Below are positions 9,159-18,097 of a stretch of 37,668 nucleotides of DNA, piece by piece. Under the pieces are notes generated by a model. The model did no database searches, was not told the origin of the DNA, and saw nothing but the letters and a program-made list of their open reading frames with translations. Numbering within the stretch: position 1 is the first letter of the stretch; each line of letters begins with the position of its first letter. Location: the NCBI GenBank assembly GCA_040752415.1, contig JBFMGU010000089.1, positions 1-37,668 of the forward strand, read 5' to 3'. The position numbers and the translations under genes are program-made. This DNA is from Myxococcota bacterium (GTDB lineage: Bacteria > Myxococcota > JACRCW01).

Positions 9159-9773
9159 TCAGCGCTCCCTCGAGATGACGCGGTACTGGTAGCCGCTCAC
9201 CATGGCCTGGGCCACCGGCCTGCGCTCACGCCACTCGTGCCAGATGAGCGCGCCCACGTGCAGCACGGTGAATGCGGCGATGAGCAGCGCGCCCACCTCG
9301 TGGGGTTCCTCGAAGAGCTCCTCGAGCCAGACGCGATCAAAGAGCCACGCCGCCAAGGGCCCCATGCCCAGCTCCAGCCCCGCGAGCGCCAGGCCGCTCA
9401 GCACCATCAGCGCCAGGAGCGCATAGACGACGAGATAGGCTCCGCTGGCGGCGACGTCGTGGCCAAACCCCTCACTGCGCGGCCACCGTCCCCGCAGGAT
9501 CTGCAGCCAGGCGCGCGGATGCCACAGGTCGGACCAGCGCGCGCTCCGCGGACCCACCAGCCCCCAGATCACCCGCACCACCAACGCGGCGGCGAGCACG
9601 TAGCCCGTCAGGGCATGGGCCTCCCAGACGGCGCGACGGGCGGGACCCTTCTCCAACGTCTCCGCGAACAGCGCCGTGGCCCCCAGCCCCACGACGGAAA
9701 GACCGATCACCGCGTGCACCGCCCGCAGCAACCCGTCATAGACCTTGCGACGCTCCAACCTGAGCTCAACCAT
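9159..9773 (-). CDS. Cytochrome b/b6 domain membrane protein (Ni/Fe-hydrogenase b-type family)
   Basis: Four TM helices with His ligands (RAVH, AH, PHE, LHV), RVIWGLVG, AMVSG. Confidence 0.87.
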   Translation of the reverse strand: MVELRLERRKVYDGLLRAVHAVIGLSVVGLGATALFAETLEKGPARRAVWEAHALTGYVLAAALVVRVIWGLVGPRSARWSDLWHPRAWLQILRGRWPRSEGFGHDVAASGAYLVVYALLALMVLSGLALAGLELGMGPLAAWLFDRVWLEELFEEPHEVGALLIAAFTVLHVGALIWHEWRERRPVAQAMVSGYQYRVISRER

Positions 9774-9794
9774 GGTTCCTCCGCATCTGCAGAG

Positions 9795-9827
9795 ATGATA
9801 CGGACGCGTCCTTAAGGCTGGCTTACG
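9795..9827 (-). promoter_or_regulatory. Putative PmrA/QseB-type box plus -10 element for the cytb-shp-dhc-TCS operon
   Basis: Minus strand reads CGTAAG-N5-CTTAAG-N10-TATCAT, then GGAGGA RBS and ATG 9773. Confidence 0.65.
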
Positions 9828-9938
9828 ACGGCTCCCATTCGGTTCAGATTGGACCGGGCAAGTGATGGCCCTTGGCCCGCGGAATCACAGACAAGAAACC
9901 ACGGGAGCGGGGCCGGGAGCGCGGCGGACACGGGGCGC

Positions 9939-12068
9939 TCACGGCAGGTAGGAGACGGAAACCTCGTCGAGGGTCACCGGTGTCACACCATCCGACGCCA
10001 GCGTCGCGCGAAACTGGAGCGCGCCGGGTGGTGCTGCGGCGGTGAGCGTGGAGATGTGCTGGTTGACCTCGTCAGCGCCGCTGCCTTCTGTTCCATCCAC
10101 CACCGGCTGCCAGCTTCCCGCTTGCGCGTCCCACCAGAGCCACGTCCCTCCGTCGACGGAGAGCTGGTAGGTGATGCGCGCGCCGTTCTCGTTGACCGCG
10201 GTCTCCTGGAAGCCGAGCAACGCGCTGAAGGGAACCGGCTGCAGGTTGTGGAGCGAACGGCCATCCGTGGGAAGGCGCGTTTCTTCCTCGCCCACCGTCG
10301 CCACCGGGGGCTGTGAATAGGTGCGCCAGACCTGCTGGGCATAGGCGTCATCGGTGACGGTGGCCGACCACAGCACTCCATACTTGAACTTCGCCGTTCC
10401 GCTAAGCGGAGTGAAGGTGCCCGTCACCGGTCGCATCTTCCAGCCGCCGAAGCCGCCGTAGCCATTCTGCTGCATCCAGTCGAACTGGAAGTCCTTGCCC
10501 CAGACGTTGTACGGCGCGTTGGGGTTCCGCGGCAGCAGGATACCCACCAGGCCACCCGACTTGCGCAGCGTGGCCCATCCCTCGTTGTTGGCCTCGCCGT
10601 TCCCGCCGTTGGGAAGCTCGTCGTCCATCTCCAGCACACCCGGAATGGGGGCGCGGTTGCCGTCGAAGCCGCTGGGGTTGGCGTTGTTGGCCGTGATCTC
10701 CGTTTCCACGTCGATGAACGTGCCGTTGAAGACCCGGTAGTGCACCACGTGGGAGAAGTCGCCGTTGATGCTGTCGCCGCGGAAGGTGACCTTGGCGAAC
10801 AACGGACCACTCGTCGTGGTGACGCCTTGCAGGACCTGGATCTCACCCTCGGACGGTCCACCCAGCCACTGCAGGCTGGCGTAACGGATGCAACCCGCGG
10901 TGGCGAGGAAGTCGGTGGTGCCATCCCGCAGCCCGATGATGCTGCCCATGCACCGGCCCCAGATCACGTTGCGCCCGGTGGTCTTGTCCATGCGCACGTG
11001 AACCTCTCCGTTGCGCTCCACGGTCACATCATCCGCGGTCTCAACCACGGAAAGCGCGCCCCCACTCAGCGGCGCCGCCGCCGTGGGGTTGCCGTAGTAG
11101 AGGTGCACCGTCGTCGTGGAGAGCGCGGGCAGGTCCAGCGACACCACCACCTTGAGCCGCGCGGTGCCCAGCGTATCCAGGTCCACCTGGTGGACGAGCT
11201 CCTGGCCGTCCGCGACGAACCGCAAGTCATCCGCGGTGGGCTGCAGCTTTCCGCTCGCGACGAGGCTGGCGGCATCCAGCGTCAGCATTACCGGCGCGTC
11301 CACCAGGTTGGCGTTGGACATTTCCGTCACGGTAACAACGCGGCGGTAGCTCCACGCCGGGTCCCACCACGCGGGATCACCGACGAGATGCGCGGTCCCT
11401 CCCGAGACCTCCACGCCGGGCTCCGCGGCGTAGGCGGCGGGGTCCGAGAAGTCGAAGGTCGCAAGGAGCGGACCGCCGGAGGAGCTTGAGGAGGTGGAGC
11501 TGCTCGCGGACGACGACGATGTCGACGTGGTGGATGCGGTGCTGGACCCGGAAGCGCTGGAGCTGAGGGCGCTGCTGGTGGTGGTTCCGCTTGCGGCAGA
11601 TGCGGACGTGGTGCTGGACGTGCTCCCACCCGACGACACGCTCGACGATGACGACGAGCTTCCACTCCCGGCGCTGGTGCCTCCCGACGATGAGGACCCG
11701 CCGCTCGAAGCGGATGCTGCGCCCGTGGAAACGGCGCCCGAGGTCGGCGCGCTCCCGCTGCTTGACGACGCGCTGGACGACGACGCACTGGAGGACAACG
11801 TACTGCCGCCGCTGCTTGACGAGCCAGCCGCGGAGCCGCTCTCGGCGGGTCCGGTGTCGGTGCAGTAGCCCTGCGCGCCGCACGTCAGGCCTCGGTCACA
11901 CTGGTCATCGCGCGTGCACGCCGAGCGACACAGGCCCTCGTCGCCGCAGGTTGAGCCCGGAGCGCAGTCTTCATCCGAGGCACAGCGGTACGGCCGCGAC
12001 GTCAACACATCACACGAGCAGACGAGGAGCGCGCCTACCAGGATTCGGGCCGAGGACGGGTGACGCAT
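9939..12068 (-). CDS. Large lipoprotein: Cys-rich module, Ser/Gly/Thr linker, DUF2341-like domain, beta-rich C-terminus
   Basis: Start MRHPSS...LLVCSC lipobox; WWDPAWSYRR, DDLRF and LYYGNP are typical of DUF2341. Confidence 0.78.
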   Translation of the reverse strand: MRHPSSARILVGALLVCSCDVLTSRPYRCASDEDCAPGSTCGDEGLCRSACTRDDQCDRGLTCGAQGYCTDTGPAESGSAAGSSSSGGSTLSSSASSSSASSSSGSAPTSGAVSTGAASASSGGSSSSGGTSAGSGSSSSSSSVSSGGSTSSTTSASAASGTTTSSALSSSASGSSTASTTSTSSSSASSSTSSSSSGGPLLATFDFSDPAAYAAEPGVEVSGGTAHLVGDPAWWDPAWSYRRVVTVTEMSNANLVDAPVMLTLDAASLVASGKLQPTADDLRFVADGQELVHQVDLDTLGTARLKVVVSLDLPALSTTTVHLYYGNPTAAAPLSGGALSVVETADDVTVERNGEVHVRMDKTTGRNVIWGRCMGSIIGLRDGTTDFLATAGCIRYASLQWLGGPSEGEIQVLQGVTTTSGPLFAKVTFRGDSINGDFSHVVHYRVFNGTFIDVETEITANNANPSGFDGNRAPIPGVLEMDDELPNGGNGEANNEGWATLRKSGGLVGILLPRNPNAPYNVWGKDFQFDWMQQNGYGGFGGWKMRPVTGTFTPLSGTAKFKYGVLWSATVTDDAYAQQVWRTYSQPPVATVGEEETRLPTDGRSLHNLQPVPFSALLGFQETAVNENGARITYQLSVDGGTWLWWDAQAGSWQPVVDGTEGSGADEVNQHISTLTAAAPPGALQFRATLASDGVTPVTLDEVSVSYLP

Positions 12069-12151
12069 GAGTTTCCAGCCCGGTGGTGACGCAACGCCCA
12101 ACGCGGCGACCCTACCATGACCGGACTGCGTCGGAAGGCATCCACGGCGGG

Positions 12152-15142
12152 TCAGGAGCCCAGCTCGTAGAGGATGAAGTACTGGAAGCGCGCCTGGCCG
12201 TTGCTGGAATGGAGGCCGAAAGCGCCGCTGGAATACGTGCTGTCCGAGCCGGGGACCGTGACCGGCGGCTGCGCGAGCTTGCAGCTCAAGCTGCTCCCAG
12301 ACGCGCTCGACGACAGGTGATAGGTGGTGCTCACGGCCATGGGCGGCGTGAAGAAGGCTTCGTTCTCCTGGTTCTGGTCGGTGCCGTTGAGCAGCTCCCA
12401 GATCGTCGTCGAGGTGCTGCCGCTGAAATCCTCCGTGGCGCACAGGTAGCCGCTGCCGCTGGCGCTCCTCCGCATGTCCAGGCCAAACCGCTGCGGCTCA
12501 ACGACCCCCAACACCGCCACGGTGAAGGCGGTCTGCGCCGCACACGCGGTGCACACATTCGTCGTCTCCACGCGCGCGCCGGTGTCGTTCGTCGTGGTCC
12601 TCAGCTCGTCGCCTGACACCGACCAGCTCCCGCTGCGCACCACCCAGCTGGCGCTCAACGCCGAGCCCACGAACGGATCAAACAGCGCAATCCGGTCGCC
12701 GGAGAGGGTGGGCCGCGGGTCGCACGCGTCACCCACGCCGTCGGGAGTGGCCTCGGTGTCCAGCTGGCCCGGGTTGGCGGTGCCCGGACAGTTGTCGCAC
12801 AGGTCGCCCACGCCGTCGGAGTCCTCGTCGTGCTGGTCCGCGTTGATGACCAGCAGGCAGTTGTCGCACACGTTGCCCACGCCGTCCCCGTCGGTATCCG
12901 ACTGGCCCACGTTGGAGGCCTGCGGGCAGTTGTCGCTGCTGTCGGCCACGGTGTCGTTGTCGTCGTCGGAGTCGCACACGTCCCCCAGGGTGTCCGCGTC
13001 CAGGTCGTCCTGCCCGGGGTTGTAGACAAAGGCGCAGTTGTCGCACGCGTCGCCAGACCCGTCGGCGTCGTCGTCCAGCTGGGTCGGGTTCACCACCAGC
13101 ACGCAGTTGTCGTCCAGGTCCAGCGTCCCGTCGCCGTCGTCATCGGGGTCGCAGGCATCGCCCTCGGCGTCGTTGTTGGTGTCCACCTGCGTGGGGTTGA
13201 CCACCCGCGGGCAGTTGTCCCCCGGATCCTCCACGCCGTCGTTGTCGTCGTCCGGGTCGCACGCGTCGCCCTGGGTGTCGCCGTCGTTGTTGAGCTGGTC
13301 TTGGTTGGCCACCAGCGGGCAGTTGTCGGAGGCGTCGGTGCGGCTGTCGTTGTCATCGTCGCTGTCGCACACGTCACCGTACGAATCACCGTCGTTGTTG
13401 GCTTGCGTGGGGTTGTACGTGGAGGAGCAGTTGTCGCAGGCGTTGCCCAGGCCGTCGTTGTCGCTGTCCGTCTGGGTGGAGTTGCCCACCAGGGGACAGT
13501 TGTCCTGGCCGTCCAGGTCCCCGTCGTTGTCGTCGTCGGCGTCACAGGCATCACCTTGCGCATCACCGTCGGTGTTGCGCTGGTCCAGGTTGGCGACCAG
13601 TGGGCAGTTGTCCGCGCCGTCCGCCAGTCCATCCCCGTCGTCATCCGGGTCGCAGGCGTCACCCTGCAGGTCGCCGTCGGCGTTGAGCTGGTCGGCGTTG
13701 GCCGTCACCGGGCAGTTGTCCTGGCCATCGAGATCCCCGTCGTTGTCGTCGTCCGGGTCACAGACGTCCCCCACGCCGTCCGGCTCGTTGTCCTCCTGCC
13801 CCGGATTGACGGCCAGGGGACAGTTGTCGACGGTGTCCTCATCACCGTCATTGTCGTCGTCGGTGTCGCAGGCATCCCCGGCTTCATCACCGTCCTGGTT
13901 CTCCTGGCCTGCGTTGGCCACCAGCGGGCAGTTGTCCTGCGCATCCGCCTGGGTATCGCCGTCGTCGTCATCATCGCAGGCGTCGCCGTACGCGTCTCCA
14001 TCGGCGTTCTCCTGCGCGCTGTTGGGGATCTGCGGGCAGTTGTCCTCCGGGTCGCTCGCCGTCAGGAGGTGCCCGGGGGGTGCCTCGTCCCCAATGCACT
14101 GGGCCATTCCCGGACCGGCACTCACGCCGTCATTGTCCGCGTCGGGGAAGATGACCCAAAGGTTCCACACCAAACCAGCGCCGTCGTCGCAGTCGTTGGC
14201 GCTCAGGTGCCCGTCGCCATCCAGGTCGTCGTCGGGAGTGAGCGGGTCGCAGTCGTCGTCCTTGGCGTTGTACGCGGTCTCATTGGCGGCGGGGTTGACC
14301 TGGTTGTCGGCGTCGTTGCAGTCGCCCTGCGCGGGGCTGTAGCCGTCCCCGTCGCCGTCAACGTTGGAGCAGGCCTGGTCGCCCTCGGCGCAATCCTGGT
14401 CCACGGCGTCACCGCACACCTCGACGCCGCCGGGATGCACGGCCTGGTCGCCATCGTCGCAGTCGGTGTCGTACGCGAAGCCGTCCTGGTCCAGGTCGTC
14501 GTCGCGGGTGGAGGGATCGCAGTCGTCGTCGCCGCCGTTGTACGGGACCTCCGGGGCGGAGGGGTGGACATCGGCGTTGGTGTCGTCGCAATCCTCACCA
14601 CCCGCGCAGCCCGTCCCGGCGCCGTCCCCATCCTGGTCCACGCAGCTGCCGCCGCTGCTGCTGGACGAGGTCGACGACGAGGAGGAGGACGACGATGCTG
14701 AAGATGAAGATGAAGATGAAGATGAAGAGGCCGAAGAGCTGGCGCCCCCGCTGGACGTGGTGACGGAGGCGCTGGACTCCGCGGAGGAGGCCCCGGACGA
14801 CGTGGAGGAGGCCCCGGACGACGTGGAGGAGGCCCCGGACGACGTGGAAGAGGGTCCGCCCGACGACGTGGCGCTCGTGGAACCACCGCCCGACGACGAA
14901 CTGGCGCTGGACGAGGCGCCCGCGGATGAGGAGCTGCTGGCGTTCTCGGAAGGCTCTCCAGGCTTGCATTCACCGTCGACGCACTGGTTGCCCGCGCCGC
15001 AGTCCGCGTGGCCGTTGCACAAACGGACGCACTCGTCACCGCGCAGCGTCTCGTCCTCGTTGCATCGGCCGCACCCCTGCACTGTCGGGAGTGAGGTGCA
15101 CAGCAGGATGACGACGCCGAGCCAACGGGAATGAACGCGCAT
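12152..15142 (-). CDS. Surface (lipo)protein with putative metal-binding (MopE-like) motifs and thrombospondin type-3 repeats
   Basis: VQGC lipobox-like site, poly-Ser linker, 3 full DC(D/N)D...DC motifs, 14 DNC-containing TSP3-type units, beta-sandwich C-terminus. Confidence 0.88.
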   Translation of the reverse strand: MRVHSRWLGVVILLCTSLPTVQGCGRCNEDETLRGDECVRLCNGHADCGAGNQCVDGECKPGEPSENASSSSSAGASSSASSSSGGGSTSATSSGGPSSTSSGASSTSSGASSTSSGASSAESSASVTTSSGGASSSASSSSSSSSSSASSSSSSSSTSSSSSGGSCVDQDGDGAGTGCAGGEDCDDTNADVHPSAPEVPYNGGDDDCDPSTRDDDLDQDGFAYDTDCDDGDQAVHPGGVEVCGDAVDQDCAEGDQACSNVDGDGDGYSPAQGDCNDADNQVNPAANETAYNAKDDDCDPLTPDDDLDGDGHLSANDCDDGAGLVWNLWVIFPDADNDGVSAGPGMAQCIGDEAPPGHLLTASDPEDNCPQIPNSAQENADGDAYGDACDDDDDGDTQADAQDNCPLVANAGQENQDGDEAGDACDTDDDNDGDEDTVDNCPLAVNPGQEDNEPDGVGDVCDPDDDNDGDLDGQDNCPVTANADQLNADGDLQGDACDPDDDGDGLADGADNCPLVANLDQRNTDGDAQGDACDADDDNDGDLDGQDNCPLVGNSTQTDSDNDGLGNACDNCSSTYNPTQANNDGDSYGDVCDSDDDNDSRTDASDNCPLVANQDQLNNDGDTQGDACDPDDDNDGVEDPGDNCPRVVNPTQVDTNNDAEGDACDPDDDGDGTLDLDDNCVLVVNPTQLDDDADGSGDACDNCAFVYNPGQDDLDADTLGDVCDSDDDNDTVADSSDNCPQASNVGQSDTDGDGVGNVCDNCLLVINADQHDEDSDGVGDLCDNCPGTANPGQLDTEATPDGVGDACDPRPTLSGDRIALFDPFVGSALSASWVVRSGSWSVSGDELRTTTNDTGARVETTNVCTACAAQTAFTVAVLGVVEPQRFGLDMRRSASGSGYLCATEDFSGSTSTTIWELLNGTDQNQENEAFFTPPMAVSTTYHLSSSASGSSLSCKLAQPPVTVPGSDSTYSSGAFGLHSSNGQARFQYFILYELGS
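14699..14728. repeat. (TGAAGA)5 microsatellite within the poly-Ser linker
   Basis: Five perfect 6-bp copies; encodes Ser-Ser on the minus strand. Confidence 0.9.
14783..14845. repeat. Three perfect 21-bp tandem repeats (TSSGASS units)
   Basis: ggaggaggccccggacgacgt x3. Confidence 0.9.
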
Positions 15143-15383
15143 ACACGATTCCTATCACCGCCCGAACGCTCCTGCGAACGTCCTGCTCCTCCCACCTCCG
15201 TGCGTGGCGGGCTCAGCCATCGGCCGAATCGGCGCATCCACGACGGGACGCGGGAGCGCGAAATCTGCGGTGGGAGCCGGCGGTCATGGAAGGTGGCCTC
15301 GCGGCACGCGGGTGGCTATGGTGACGACGTGCCGGTGCGAAAGCACGTGCTTTGGAGCGGACCGGCGCAGGAGTCGCAACGTC

Positions 15384-15587
15384 GTGTGGTCCAGCATTCG
15401 TGCTCATCCCGTCCTGACCTTCGTCGTGCTGGCTTGCACCGCTCTCGGGGTGGTGCTCGCAGTGCCGTTCGCGCCGCCGGAGTGGAGCCTGGTGCGCGGG
15501 GTGGCCGCGGGTGCCATTGGCGGGGCGGGGGTTGGCTACCTGATCGTGGCCAGCCGGACCATCGGCGCGTTCGGTGACGACGCCTGA
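15384..15587 (+). CDS. Small two-TM membrane protein, hypothetical
   Basis: AGGAG 10 nt before GTG 15384; two hydrophobic helices with Gly-rich motifs (GVAAGAIGGAGVG). Confidence 0.65.
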   Translation: MWSSIRAHPVLTFVVLACTALGVVLAVPFAPPEWSLVRGVAAGAIGGAGVGYLIVASRTIGAFGDDA

Positions 15588-15670
15588 CCGTCCATTCCAC
15601 GACGCGTCGCCATGATGCTGACGACGTGACCGGCGTCCACTAAGCTCGAGCGCTGGCTCGGGAGGACGCA

Positions 15671-17215
15671 TTGGCTCGGTGGCGCGTGGCGTTGTTGCTG
15701 GGGATGGGTGTGCTCGCAGCGGCGCTGTCTGGATGCGTGGAATGCGCGTCCGGGCAGATCCGTCGTGACGGAGAGTGCTTCGAGCCATGCAACAGCGACG
15801 GGGAATGCCCGGACCGCGCGCGCTGCGTGGACGGCGTGTGCCGCGAAGGCGACTCGACGGGGAATGGCGTGAGCTCCAGTCTCGGCGCGTCCTCCAGCTC
15901 CGCCAGCACCAGCGCTGCGTCCACCAGCGCCGCTTCCACGTCCTCATCCTCGTCTTCAAGCACCGCTTCCTCGTCGGGAGGGAGCACCTCGGCCAGCGCC
16001 GCGGCGTCCACCTCCGCCACCTCGACGTCGGCGACAACATCATCCTCCTCCACGGGATCTTCGTCGAGCAGCAGCGCCACGAGCAGCTCCGGCACCACCA
16101 CCACCGTCTCGTCGAGCAGCGGCTCGTCCTCGCTCTCCAGCTCGTCGTCGTCCAGCTCCTCATCGTCCAGCAGCAGCAGCGGCGCTCCGGATGCGTGGGA
16201 CGACCTGCGGTTTGCGCACCGCGTGAAGCTGACGGTGGCCACGCCGGCGACCACCGGTCTCCGCGGGTTCACCGCCATGGTGATGCTGGTGCCCGACCGC
16301 TTCGATTACGCAGCCGTTCGCAGCGACGGCTTCGACCTGGCCTTTGTCGACGAGAGCGGGCTGCCCTTGCCCTGGGAACGGGATGAATGGGTCCACGGCG
16401 GGTGGTCGGTCCTGTGGGTCAAGATCGACGTGGCCTCTTCTCCCAACGTGACCGCGTTCACCATGTATTACGGCGACCCGCTCAGCGGTGACGGTTCCAG
16501 CAGCAACGACGCATGGCGCGAGGAGGTCGCGGGAGTGTGGCATCTGCGGGGGCTTGAGGATTCCTCCCGCACCAACGCGCACTGCATGGAAGCCGCCAGC
16601 TCCTCGACGACACCCACGCCGGGACAGGTGGGCTCCGCGCGACAGTTCTCCTTCCAGGCCCTCCGCTGCGGCAGCCCGGTGGGGCTGGACGGGATCTTCA
16701 ACGCGGGAGGGACGGCCATGGCGTGGATCCGGCCCAACAGCTTCGGTGAGGCGGGCACGGGCAGGATTCTCGTCAAGAGCACGGCGCTCACGGGCTGGGA
16801 CTTCTATGTTGCGGACGGCCTGGGCAGCGGTGCCGACGAGCGCATCAGCTTCGCGTACGGCCAGGCCAACGGCTACTCCCGGTGGGACACCAGCGCGTCC
16901 AGCATCACGCTCGGGGAGTGGCAACATGTCGCCGTGGTGTTCAACGCCGGCAGCATGGCCGCCGCGCCGCAGCTCTACATCAACGGCGAGCTGGTGCCTT
17001 CCTTCCCCGGCATCACCGGCAGCGGTTCCTGGCTCGGTGACGAGGAGGACGACATCTTCATCGGCGACAATGACGCCCTGCAGCGTGCGTTCGACGGCGC
17101 CATCGACGAGGTACGCATGGTGCGCGCGGCGTTGGACGCGGATTGGCTTGCGGCGGAGCACCGGTCCATGACGGACACGCTGTTGAGCTGGGGACCCGTG
17201 GAAGACCGGCCCTGA
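15671..17215 (+). CDS. Lipoprotein: Cys-rich module, poly-Ser linker, DUF2341 domain, LamG/concanavalin-like domain
   Basis: GGAGGA RBS + TTG; LSGC lipobox; DLAFVD..LPWE, MYYGDP; WQHVAVVF, LYING and FDGAIDEVR. Confidence 0.87.
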   Translation: MARWRVALLLGMGVLAAALSGCVECASGQIRRDGECFEPCNSDGECPDRARCVDGVCREGDSTGNGVSSSLGASSSSASTSAASTSAASTSSSSSSSTASSSGGSTSASAAASTSATSTSATTSSSSTGSSSSSSATSSSGTTTTVSSSSGSSSLSSSSSSSSSSSSSSSGAPDAWDDLRFAHRVKLTVATPATTGLRGFTAMVMLVPDRFDYAAVRSDGFDLAFVDESGLPLPWERDEWVHGGWSVLWVKIDVASSPNVTAFTMYYGDPLSGDGSSSNDAWREEVAGVWHLRGLEDSSRTNAHCMEAASSSTTPTPGQVGSARQFSFQALRCGSPVGLDGIFNAGGTAMAWIRPNSFGEAGTGRILVKSTALTGWDFYVADGLGSGADERISFAYGQANGYSRWDTSASSITLGEWQHVAVVFNAGSMAAAPQLYINGELVPSFPGITGSGSWLGDEEDDIFIGDNDALQRAFDGAIDEVRMVRAALDADWLAAEHRSMTDTLLSWGPVEDRP

Positions 17216-17265
17216 TACCTGCGACGACGAAGATCGACGACAACCGCGCCCTCCCCGCACTTCGC

Positions 17266-17967
17266 TCACGACGAGGTCGAGGGTCGGTCCGCCGCGAGCG
17301 CGAGGAAGGCCGCACCCGGGGCACGGAGGCGGGTGAGGATGGGGTCCATCGGGGCGGCGATGCGCGCGATGAGTCCGTTGCGCGGAAAGTACACGCACCC
17401 GCGGACCTCGTTGACCCGCAACCCCGCTTGTCGCGCCAATGTCTCGAGGTCACCACGCGTCCAGAACCGCGCGCTGCGCCAGGTCCGTGCGCCCAGCCAT
17501 CCGCGCACGCGTCGCTCCGCGGCCCACACGCTGAAGCGGCCGAGCTCGCCGAGAACCAGGCGTCCGCCCGGCGCGAGAACCCGGACCATTTCCTGGACGG
17601 CACCCGCGGCATCCCCGACAAAGCACAACACGGTCACGGCGAACACCACGTCGAACGACGCGTCCCGGAGGGGCAACGCCTCGACACGGCCCCGCTGGAA
17701 GTCCACGCGGACTCCCCGCACGGCGGCGCGCATCCGGGCCGACTCGAGCATGCCCAGATCGGCGTCCAGTGCGGTGACGACGCCACCGCGCGCTCCGGCC
17801 TCGATCGCATAGGTTCCGTCGCCCGTCCCCACGTCGAGCACGCGCTTACCCTGGAGGGAGCCCGCCAGGTTGAACACCACCCGCGTCTCCACGCGCTCGG
17901 TGATGCGTCCAAGGGTGGTGGCTCGCCACCGGCCATAGCCATCCGCTGAAACGACGGGCTCGGTCAC
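17266..17967 (-). CDS. Class I SAM-dependent methyltransferase
   Basis: VLDVGTGDG motif I, LPLRDASFDVV, EMVRVLAPGGRLVL. Start GTG 17967 is approximate. Confidence 0.85.
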   Translation of the reverse strand: MTEPVVSADGYGRWRATTLGRITERVETRVVFNLAGSLQGKRVLDVGTGDGTYAIEAGARGGVVTALDADLGMLESARMRAAVRGVRVDFQRGRVEALPLRDASFDVVFAVTVLCFVGDAAGAVQEMVRVLAPGGRLVLGELGRFSVWAAERRVRGWLGARTWRSARFWTRGDLETLARQAGLRVNEVRGCVYFPRNGLIARIAAPMDPILTRLRAPGAAFLALAADRPSTSS

Positions 17968-18097
17968 GACCCGACGATAGCCTGACGTGGGGGTTAGAGG
18001 CTGCGTCAGAACCACCTGCCCTTTCGGTCGTGGCCGGCGAACACCTAACCCCAAAAGGATACGTGCCGGATCGGGAAGGGGCGCGGTGGACAAGGTC

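Noticed and set aside
11494..16278. Highly acidic ORFs (11494..11868, 14364..15134, 15640..16278)
   Set aside because: They are reverse complements of the poly-Ser linkers in the lipoprotein genes.
17990..18052. Integron attC site (GTTAG / CTAAC boxes)
   Set aside because: Boxes are in the reverse order for a single attC, and there is no integrase or cassette array.
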